DNA of 55,904 bases from an uncultured Gammaproteobacteria bacterium (lineage in GTDB: Bacteria > Patescibacteriota > Microgenomatia > UBA8517): contig CAZCXV010000004.1 in assembly GCA_964502815.1 (NCBI GenBank), positions 18,150 through 74,053 of the forward strand, written 5' to 3'. Shown here piece by piece: positions 37,705 through 44,419 of the stretch. The translations under genes were made by a program, and so were the position numbers. Positions within the stretch are counted from its first letter, which is position 1, and each line of letters starts with the position of its first letter. The notes below the pieces were generated by a model. That model worked only from the letters and a program-made list of their open reading frames with translations, searched no databases and was not told the DNA's origin.

Positions 37705-37982
37705 GTATTTGATTTTTCAATATTAGTTCTCCAACCTCCAAACATTTTCCCAATTTCTGTTAATTTGATTGACATTTCTTCATATTGCTTATTTAAAATA
37801 AGTTTTGCTTCCCAAGCAGTTAGAATTAGAAACTTCAGTTTATCCAGAATCAAAATACATTCAGTTACTTTCTTTCTTTTTATTTCTTTTGGGCTAAAAT
37901 AGGTTTCGTATGAAAATTCAAGCAAATCTAAGAATTTATTTTCAATTCTTGCCCCAATTGCATACCTCGCACCTTTCGGCAT
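37683..37982 (-). CDS. avd: DGR accessory variability determinant (Avd-like four-helix-bundle protein). The frame stays open upstream to 38072 without a canonical start.
   Basis: PKGARYAIGARIE...LDKLKFL...YEEMSIKLTEIGKMFGGW fits the Avd pattern (P..r..lG.Ri...Ld.L...Y......eiG..lGGW). In-frame upstream codons encode IIGKVKEAYLVWLQVIPH, which resembles Avd helix 1. Confidence 0.7.
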   Translation of the reverse strand: MPKGARYAIGARIENKFLDLLEFSYETYFSPKEIKRKKVTECILILDKLKFLILTAWEAKLILNKQYEEMSIKLTEIGKMFGGWRTNIEKSNTKTPPRN

Positions 37983-38019
37983 ATGAGGGATAACTTGAAG
38001 CCATACCAGATAAGCCTCT

Positions 38020-39024
38020 TTGACTTTACCTATAATATTCGTTTGCAGAGAGAGAGAGAGAGTTATAGTTTCTCATTTATATGATGATATCATTTCAATC
38101 TCAAATTTGCTTGTTTCTTGGCAGGAATTCTTAAAAGGTAAGAAAAAGCGAAAGGATGTAATTAAATTTTCACTGAATTTAATGGATAATGTTTTTGAAC
38201 TTCATAAAGATCTTGTGAATGGAAAATATAAACATAGTTTGTATCATGCCTTTAAGATAACTGATCCTAAAGCTCGTGATATTCACAAAGCAAGTGTTCG
38301 AGATAGGTTACTCCACCACGCGATTTACAGAATTTTATACCCATATTTTGATAAAAAATTTATCTTTGACTCTTATTCCTGCAGAATTGGGAAAGGGACT
38401 CACAAGGCAATCAACCGTTTTCAGCTTTTAGCTAGGAGAAGTAGTAAAAATAACACGAAAACAGTATGGATTTTAAAGTGTGACATTAAAAAATTTTTTG
38501 CAAATATTGATCACGAAACGTTAAAAAATATCTTAGCAAAATATATTAAAGATGATGGCGTTGTATGGCTGTTGAACCAAATTATTGACAGTTTTAGTCC
38601 AGGATTACCTTTGGGAAATCTTACCAGCCAGCTCCTTGTTAATATTTACATGAATGAGTTTGATCAGTTTATGAAACGTAAATTAAAAGTAAAATATTAT
38701 ATTCGGTACGCAGATGATTTTGTAATTTTTCGTCAAAACAAAGAATATCTTCAACATTTGATTCCAAAAATTTTAGATTTTTTGGAAAAAAAATTAAAGC
38801 TTTCACTTCATCCAAACAAGGTTTTCATCAAAACATTAGCTTCAGGGGTAGACTTTTTGGGTTGGGTTAATTTTCCTAGTCACAGAATTTTGAGAACATC
38901 AACTAAGAAAAGAATGCTAAAAGGGCTTAAATTAAATAAAGCTAAAGAAACAAAGGCCTCTTATTTGGGATTATTAAGTCATGGCAATACTTATAAAATA
39001 AGAAAAAGTAAGTTTCTGCTATAA
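38020..39024 (+). CDS. DGR reverse transcriptase
   Basis: IRYADDFVIF (YxDD catalytic motif), LPLGNLTSQLLVNIY (the DGR-type [I/L]GxxxSQ motif), FDSYSCRIGKGTH and NLLVSWQEFLKGKKKRKD N-terminal block. The TTG start is uncertain. Confidence 0.85.
   Translation: MTLPIIFVCRERERVIVSHLYDDIISISNLLVSWQEFLKGKKKRKDVIKFSLNLMDNVFELHKDLVNGKYKHSLYHAFKITDPKARDIHKASVRDRLLHHAIYRILYPYFDKKFIFDSYSCRIGKGTHKAINRFQLLARRSSKNNTKTVWILKCDIKKFFANIDHETLKNILAKYIKDDGVVWLLNQIIDSFSPGLPLGNLTSQLLVNIYMNEFDQFMKRKLKVKYYIRYADDFVIFRQNKEYLQHLIPKILDFLEKKLKLSLHPNKVFIKTLASGVDFLGWVNFPSHRILRTSTKKRMLKGLKLNKAKETKASYLGLLSHGNTYKIRKSKFLL
38047..38062. repeat. (AG)8 / (CT)8 dinucleotide microsatellite inside the overlapping 5' regions of avd and RT
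   Basis: Eight perfect AG units counted directly. Confidence 0.95.
38084..38092 (-). promoter_or_regulatory. extended -10 element TGaTATCAT (minus strand), 7 nt before a minus-strand ATG at 38076-38074
   Basis: The minus strand reads gattgaaaTGaTATCATcatataaATG. That ATG is 2 nt out of frame with avd across the (CT)8 tract. Confidence 0.45.
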
Positions 39025-39033
39025 TTTCAAAAT

Positions 39034-40035
39034 ATGGGGTCAAAAATCGATGTCGGAATAGTGGGTTTACCAAATGTAGGTAAGTCAACTCTTTTTAATG
39101 CACTCCTAAAAAAGCAAACTGCATATGTTGCCAACTTTCCTTTTGCTACAATCGAGCCAAATGTTGGCGTGGTTCCAGTACCAGACATTAGACTGGCAAA
39201 ACTTGCAGAAGCAGTAAAAGAATCTGAAAAAATGCCATCTCTTCCTCCAGAGGTCCCTGCAACTGTAGAATTTGTTGATATTGCAGGACTTATTGCCGGG
39301 GCGCATAAAGGAGAAGGGTTGGGAAATAAATTCTTAAGCCACATTAGGGAAGTTGATGCAATTTGCCATGTGGTTAGAGTTTTTACGGATAGTGATATTG
39401 TTAAAGAGGGAAGTATTAACCCAAAAAGTGATTTTGAAACGGTTAGAACGGAACTTGATTTGGCGGATTTGGAAATGACCGAAAAACACAGCCTTAAAAA
39501 AAATGCGGATCTACCCAGCCTGCCACTTTTTTCCAAAAAACCAATCTTAATCGTCTTAAATGTTTCAGAATCAGATTTAGCAAATACTACCCAAATTGAA
39601 GGACAGTATGCAGCAGAATTTGGCGTTGATCAAAACCAAGTAATTGCAATTTGTGCCAAGACAGAGAGCCAACTGGCAGACTTATCCACTGAAGAACAAT
39701 TAGACTATCTGAAAGAACTAGGAGTAGATAAGTCGGGCCTGGAGAGACTTATTCGAAAAGCTTTTAAAACCTTAAGCCTGATTACTTTTTTAACAGCAGG
39801 CCAAAAGGAAGTTAGGGCTTGGACAATAAAGGTCGGCTTTAAAGCCCCTCAAGCTGCAGGGATAATCCATACCGATTTCGAAAAGAAATTCATCAAGGCA
39901 GATGTAGTAGACTTTAGCGATTTTGTAACTCTTGGAGGATGGAAAAATTCCCGTGATCATGGGAAAGTCAGAAGTGAAGGCAGAGATTATCAAATGCAAG
40001 AAAGCGATGTTGTTGAGTTCAAAATAGGCACATGA
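39034..40035 (+). CDS. ychF: ribosome-binding ATPase YchF
   Basis: GIVGLPNVGKSTLFNAL P-loop and C-terminal TGS-like FIKADVV...VVEFK. Confidence 0.9.
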   Translation: MGSKIDVGIVGLPNVGKSTLFNALLKKQTAYVANFPFATIEPNVGVVPVPDIRLAKLAEAVKESEKMPSLPPEVPATVEFVDIAGLIAGAHKGEGLGNKFLSHIREVDAICHVVRVFTDSDIVKEGSINPKSDFETVRTELDLADLEMTEKHSLKKNADLPSLPLFSKKPILIVLNVSESDLANTTQIEGQYAAEFGVDQNQVIAICAKTESQLADLSTEEQLDYLKELGVDKSGLERLIRKAFKTLSLITFLTAGQKEVRAWTIKVGFKAPQAAGIIHTDFEKKFIKADVVDFSDFVTLGGWKNSRDHGKVRSEGRDYQMQESDVVEFKIGT

Positions 40036-40055
40036 TATACTTACACCTGTAAAAT

Positions 40056-40337
40056 ATGAACAAATATGAATTGACTGTAGTCCTCGATGGCAAGCTTAGT
40101 GCTGCTAAGAAAAAAGGGATTAAGGAAAAAACCGTTAAACTGGTTGAAGCATTTAAGGGAAAAATTGGCAAAGTTGAGGATTGGGGTACTAGAGATTTGG
40201 CCTACAAAATCAAAAAATCAGAAACCGGAGAATTCTACTTTTTTCCAGTTGAGATGGATTCCGATAAAGCAAAAGCCCTTAATGATAAATTAAGGTTAGA
40301 AGAGGACTTACTTAGGTATTTACTTATTAGAGTTTAA
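40056..40337 (+). CDS. rpsF: 30S ribosomal protein S6
   Basis: MNKYELTVVL start and conserved rpsF-ssb-rpsR order. Confidence 0.85.
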   Translation: MNKYELTVVLDGKLSAAKKKGIKEKTVKLVEAFKGKIGKVEDWGTRDLAYKIKKSETGEFYFFPVEMDSDKAKALNDKLRLEEDLLRYLLIRV

Positions 40338-40371
40338 AGGGTAAATTAAAACTTAAGGAAAGACAAATAAA

Positions 40372-40860
40372 ATGGCAGGAAGAAGCTTAAACAAAGTAAT
40401 TTTGATAGGAAACTTAACTCGTGACCCGGAACTCAAGTATACTCCCCAAGGAACTGCAGTTTGTACTTTTGGGATTGCCACCAATAGAAGTTGGAAAACG
40501 GAATCTGGTGACCAAAAAGATGAAGTAGAGTTTCACAACATTGTAGCTTGGCAGTCATTGGCTGAAATCTGCTCCAAGATGCTTAGGAAAGGTATTAGAG
40601 CTTTTGTTGAAGGTAGACTGCAAACTAAAAGCTGGCAGGGAACCGATGGCACCCAAAAACAAAGAACAGAAATAGTCATTTCGGACATGATTATTTTGGA
40701 ACCAAAAAGAGTTGAAGGGGAAACAATCGATGTCCCCGCAGATTTTGGCGCAGGTGATCTCCCTGAGGCAGTAAAGCCAGAGGCAAAGAAAGAAACGGTT
40801 TCTTCTAAAAAAGCAAAAAGTCAAGAAAAGCCTGAGACCGAAGAAGACATCCCCTTTTAA
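40372..40860 (+). CDS. ssb: single-stranded DNA-binding protein
   Basis: LNKVILIGNLTRDPELKYTPQG OB-fold start and acidic C-terminal tip EEDIPF. Confidence 0.9.
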   Translation: MAGRSLNKVILIGNLTRDPELKYTPQGTAVCTFGIATNRSWKTESGDQKDEVEFHNIVAWQSLAEICSKMLRKGIRAFVEGRLQTKSWQGTDGTQKQRTEIVISDMIILEPKRVEGETIDVPADFGAGDLPEAVKPEAKKETVSSKKAKSQEKPETEEDIPF

Positions 40861-40869
40861 AGAATATAA

Positions 40870-41118
40870 ATGGCAAAAAGATCGCAGACACCTAGAAAAA
40901 AAGTAGAAAGAAAGCCAACTGGCGGTTGTGTTTTTTGTAAGGTCGACAGAACTCCCGACTATAAAGAGGTATCCAATTTGGAAAAATTTTTGACAGATCG
41001 AGCCAAAATTGTTTCTCGTGCAAGAACTGGCGTTTGCTCCAAACACCAAAGAAGATTAGCTCAAGAAATAAAAAGAGCCAGACATCTAGGACTTCTTCCT
41101 TTCACTGGTGGACTCTAA
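40870..41118 (+). CDS. rpsR: 30S ribosomal protein S18
   Basis: DYKEVSNLEKFLTDRAKIVSRARTG..KHQRRLAQEIKRARHLGLLPF. Confidence 0.9.
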   Translation: MAKRSQTPRKKVERKPTGGCVFCKVDRTPDYKEVSNLEKFLTDRAKIVSRARTGVCSKHQRRLAQEIKRARHLGLLPFTGGL

Positions 41119-41144
41119 GCCTCAATTTGTGTAAAATTTAGTTT

Positions 41145-42371
41145 GTGACTATTACTAAAAAATTAAAGACCCACTTTTTATTTATCTTTTTTGGTTTAAT
41201 CTTTTTTGTGAGTGGGTATCTTGTTGGCACAAGAACTTTAGAGCTAAACCTTAAAGGGCCAAAAGTAAATATTGTAAGAGCCGTTCCTCAAAACCGAGAT
41301 AGTCTTGATTTTTCGCTTTTCTGGAAAGTTTGGGATACTTTGTCTGCTTCCTACTTTGATAAATCAAAATTGGTTGATTCAAAAATGGTTTATGGAGCTA
41401 TCTCTGGCATGGTGTCAGCCATAGGGGATCCCTACACTATCTTCTTACCACCATCTGAAAATAAAGTAGTGGACGAAGATTTAAGTGGAAGGTTTGAAGG
41501 CATTGGGATTCAAATTGGCTTTAGAGGAACACAGCTGGCAGTCATTGCCCCCTTGCCAGATAGCCCTGCTCAGAAAGCCGGAATAAAGGCAGGGGATTAT
41601 ATTATTGGCATTGAGGACCTTAAAAAAGGCATCAGCCGGGGAACTTCGGGAATTACTCTTCCAGATGCAGTTGAAGCTATTAGGGGAAAATCGGGAACGT
41701 CAGTGAAGTTAACCCTTCTTAGGACAGGCATGGATAAACCAATTGAAGTTGATGTTACCCGCGAGCGGATTGACGTTCCAAGTGTAACTTTGGAGATGGT
41801 CGGGGACAATAAAAACATTGCCCACATTAGACTTTCAAAGTTTTCGGCTGAAACTAAGGAAGAATGGGATGAAGCGGTAACAAAAATTTTAAAAGATCCA
41901 AATGTAAAAGGTATTATTATTGACGAAAGAAATAATCCAGGAGGTTATTTGCAAGCAGCAGTTGATTTGGCCTCAGATTTTATTCCGGTGGGTAAAACTG
42001 TGGTTATTGAAGAAAACGGTAAAGGACAAAGAAATGAATATAAAGTAGAGCGAATTGGCAGGCTTTATAAGATCCCGGTCGTGGTTTTGCAAAACGGTGG
42101 ATCAGCCTCAGCTTCAGAAATATTGGCGGGGGCATTAAGGGATCAAAACAAAACACTTTTAATTGGCGAAAAAAGTTTTGGTAAGGGGACAATTCAGGAG
42201 CCAATTGATATTGAAGGTGAATCAGGACTTCATATAACTATCGCCAAGTGGCTTACTCCTAACGCCGTTTGGGTCAATGAAAAAGGCCTGGAGCCAGATA
42301 TTAAAGTGGAAGACAAGGAAGATACCCAGGAAGATGAACAACTCCAAAAAGCTATTGAATATCTTTTGTAA
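41145..42371 (+). CDS. ctpA: S41-family carboxy-terminal processing protease with PDZ domain
   Basis: GIGIQI, PDZ block SPAQKAGIKAGDYIIGI, and catalytic region GGSASASEILAGAL..GEKSFGKGT. Confidence 0.85.
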   Translation: MTITKKLKTHFLFIFFGLIFFVSGYLVGTRTLELNLKGPKVNIVRAVPQNRDSLDFSLFWKVWDTLSASYFDKSKLVDSKMVYGAISGMVSAIGDPYTIFLPPSENKVVDEDLSGRFEGIGIQIGFRGTQLAVIAPLPDSPAQKAGIKAGDYIIGIEDLKKGISRGTSGITLPDAVEAIRGKSGTSVKLTLLRTGMDKPIEVDVTRERIDVPSVTLEMVGDNKNIAHIRLSKFSAETKEEWDEAVTKILKDPNVKGIIIDERNNPGGYLQAAVDLASDFIPVGKTVVIEENGKGQRNEYKVERIGRLYKIPVVVLQNGGSASASEILAGALRDQNKTLLIGEKSFGKGTIQEPIDIEGESGLHITIAKWLTPNAVWVNEKGLEPDIKVEDKEDTQEDEQLQKAIEYLL

Positions 42372-43047
42372 GTTCGATAATTTTGTCTAACTCTCCATCA
42401 ATAATTGCTTCCAGTTTCCCCCAGGATTTGCCAATTCGGTGATCTGTTAGTCTGTCTTGGGGAAAATTGTAGGTTCTAATCTTTTCACTTCTAGTACCCC
42501 GACCTATTGCTGATCTGTAGCCTGCTATAGTTCTTGATTTTTCCTCTTCTTTTTTTTCCCAAAGTCTGGCACGAAGTAGCTCCATGGCAATTTGTCTATT
42601 TGCTTCCTGGAACCTCTCTGTTTGGGCAGTGACTACAATGCCAGTTGGCCTGTGGGTCAGCCTAACTGCGGTTGAAACTTTATTAACATTTTGGCCTCCA
42701 TGTCCGCCTGATCTATAAAATTGAATATCTAAGTCATCATTCTTTACGGAAACTTCCGAATCTTTGGTTTCAGGTAAAACTGCGACTGTAGCAGTGGAAG
42801 TATGAATCCTGCCTCTTTTTTCGGTTTGAGGCACTCTTTGGACTCTGTGGACGCCTGACTCGTTCTTTAATAGATCCCAGACTCCTGAGCCTTGTATTCT
42901 TAAGGTTTTTTCATCTACCTGCTCTTGTTTCCAGTTTTTCTTGATTGCAAATCTTTGGTACATCCTTAAAAGGTCATCTCCCCAGAGTTTGGCTTCATCG
43001 CCTCCCGTTGCCCCTCTTATTTCAAGGTAGATTGTTTGGTTTTCCAT
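42352..43047 (-). CDS. prfA: peptide chain release factor 1 lacking the N-terminal domain 1 (231 aa)
   Basis: RVQRVPQTEKRGRIHTS (RF1-type PxT motif), SGGHGGQNVNK (GGQ) and RTYNFPQDRLTDHRI. It aligns from about residue 110 of E. coli RF1 (recollection). Confidence 0.8.
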   Translation of the reverse strand: MENQTIYLEIRGATGGDEAKLWGDDLLRMYQRFAIKKNWKQEQVDEKTLRIQGSGVWDLLKNESGVHRVQRVPQTEKRGRIHTSTATVAVLPETKDSEVSVKNDDLDIQFYRSGGHGGQNVNKVSTAVRLTHRPTGIVVTAQTERFQEANRQIAMELLRARLWEKKEEEKSRTIAGYRSAIGRGTRSEKIRTYNFPQDRLTDHRIGKSWGKLEAIIDGELDKIIELTKDIQ

Positions 43048-43048
43048 A

Positions 43049-43168
43049 TAGTCATATTAAATCAAAATGTCATTTGACATTTTGATTGGCAAACTTAGAA
43101 TTCCTACCAAGTATTACTTGGAACTATATACCAAACTCAAAATACGTCATTTTGTTTTGAGTTTGCTA
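43049..43168. mobile_element. 120-bp MITE with termini matching the IS630-family element at 24056-25145, flanked by a TA duplication
   Basis: The left end tagtcatattaaatcaaaatgtca matches the IS IRR reverse complement at 20/24. The reverse complement of the right end, tagcaaactcaaaacaaaatgac, matches IRL at 22/23. TA lies at 43047-48 and 43169-70. Confidence 0.7.
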
Positions 43169-43182
43169 TAAGAAAGCTACTA

Positions 43183-43494
43183 CTATTTGCCGGTTCGCAG
43201 TTCCGACAGGGATTCTGGTCTGTCCAGTTCTTCTTGAAGTTTTTTGTCTCTTTTAATTTTTCTTTTTTCAGTTTTGCTCATGATCTTTTTGCCCGAAGAG
43301 GCCATTCTGGCTCTGAAAGCATCAACCCTTCCGGCTGTGTCCAAAAGTTTCATTTGACCAGTATAGAATGGGTGACAAGCAGAGCAAACCTCGACATTAA
43401 ATAAAGGGACGGCGGCTCCTAGGGTAAAAACATTACCACAAGCACAAGTTACCTTTGCTGACTCATACCAAGTTGGGTGAATTTTTACTTTCAT
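43183..43494 (-). CDS. rpmE: 50S ribosomal protein L31 (zinc-binding type) with a basic C-terminal extension
   Basis: MKVKIHPTWYE..CACGN..CSACHPFYTG. Confidence 0.9.
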   Translation of the reverse strand: MKVKIHPTWYESAKVTCACGNVFTLGAAVPLFNVEVCSACHPFYTGQMKLLDTAGRVDAFRARMASSGKKIMSKTEKRKIKRDKKLQEELDRPESLSELRTGK

Positions 43495-44414
43495 TATGAG
43501 CTTTGATTATATCTTTTTTTCTTAATTTCTGCAATGAACACCCCTATGGCAATAATTATTGCCCCAATGATAAATTGCAAAGTCACCATTTCTTTTAGCC
43601 AAAATATGGCTGTGGGGATGCCAAAAACTGGTACTAAATATGCAAAAACTGCAGTTTCACCAATCTCAATTGTTTTTTGGGCTTTTGTTTCTAGATAATA
43701 GGCCAATGTTCCCGAAAAAAGAGCCATGTATAAAACTCCGAGGTGATACTTAAACTCTAAATGGATAACTGAAGAAACAATATTTGCAGTTCCAGTTTGG
43801 CTGATTGCAAAGACAGCAATTACCAGAAAGCCAAAGACAAAAGAAGTGTGGGTCAAAAGAGCAGGGGAGTAACCTTTTCGAAGAAGCTTTTTGGCAATGA
43901 CATATGAAATGGCAGTGACAGTGACATAGGCAAAAATTGCCAGATTTCCAAGAATATGGTCCTTATAGTCGTTTTGAAACGAGATGGGTTCAAAAATTAC
44001 AAACAAGGTTCCCAAAAAAGCTATAGTTAGACCGAGCTTTTCTTTTTTGGTTACGTGTTCTTTGAGGTATCTTACACCCATTAGGGCAGTAACCAAGGGA
44101 GCAGTTGCAGAAAGCAGATTCATTTCTACAACCGAAGTTCTCTCAAGACCAAAAAAGAGAATTCCAAGGGCAACTGCTGAAACTAAAACACCATAAACTA
44201 CCAGTTGGAAAATATCAAACAAGTTTTTTGGCAATTTAGGGCGAACGAAGACAAGGGTAACAAGTGCAACTACTGAGGAAATCGCAAATCGGTAAGTTAA
44301 AAAAGGAAGAGTGGCAATGCCCTCTTGGGTAAACTTAATCACCGAGCCTGCAACCCCCCAAATGACTGAAACTATTAGGAGAAGCAGGTAAGCGTGCAGG
44401 CGCTTAGTGGACAT
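43494..44414 (-). CDS. EamA/DMT-family transporter
   Basis: Ten predicted TM helices in two repeated halves, with the typical EamA layout. Confidence 0.7.
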   Translation of the reverse strand: MSTKRLHAYLLLLIVSVIWGVAGSVIKFTQEGIATLPFLTYRFAISSVVALVTLVFVRPKLPKNLFDIFQLVVYGVLVSAVALGILFFGLERTSVVEMNLLSATAPLVTALMGVRYLKEHVTKKEKLGLTIAFLGTLFVIFEPISFQNDYKDHILGNLAIFAYVTVTAISYVIAKKLLRKGYSPALLTHTSFVFGFLVIAVFAISQTGTANIVSSVIHLEFKYHLGVLYMALFSGTLAYYLETKAQKTIEIGETAVFAYLVPVFGIPTAIFWLKEMVTLQFIIGAIIIAIGVFIAEIKKKRYNQSS

Positions 44415-44419
44415 GTATA

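Noticed and set aside
37558-37902. 114-aa plus-strand ORF (MFNVNRDENGVKLNDNWINSGNKWNSDNRLLVSVRK...)
   Set aside because: Its first part is only the DGR template repeat read in the VR frame, and the rest runs antisense through avd. It is not an independent gene.
39027-39536. 169-aa minus-strand ORF
   Set aside because: It lies fully antisense to the well-supported ychF gene and has a low-complexity S/L-rich translation. It is a shadow ORF.
40555-41049. 164-aa minus-strand ORF
   Set aside because: It is antisense to ssb and rpsR, both confidently identified.
43048-43182. Hypothesis that the MITE or IS truncated prfA and removed its N-terminal domain
   Set aside because: Removing the MITE and one TA puts the rpmE stop about 14 nt from the same prfA ATG, which leaves no room for a lost domain. 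The short RF1 predates the insertion.
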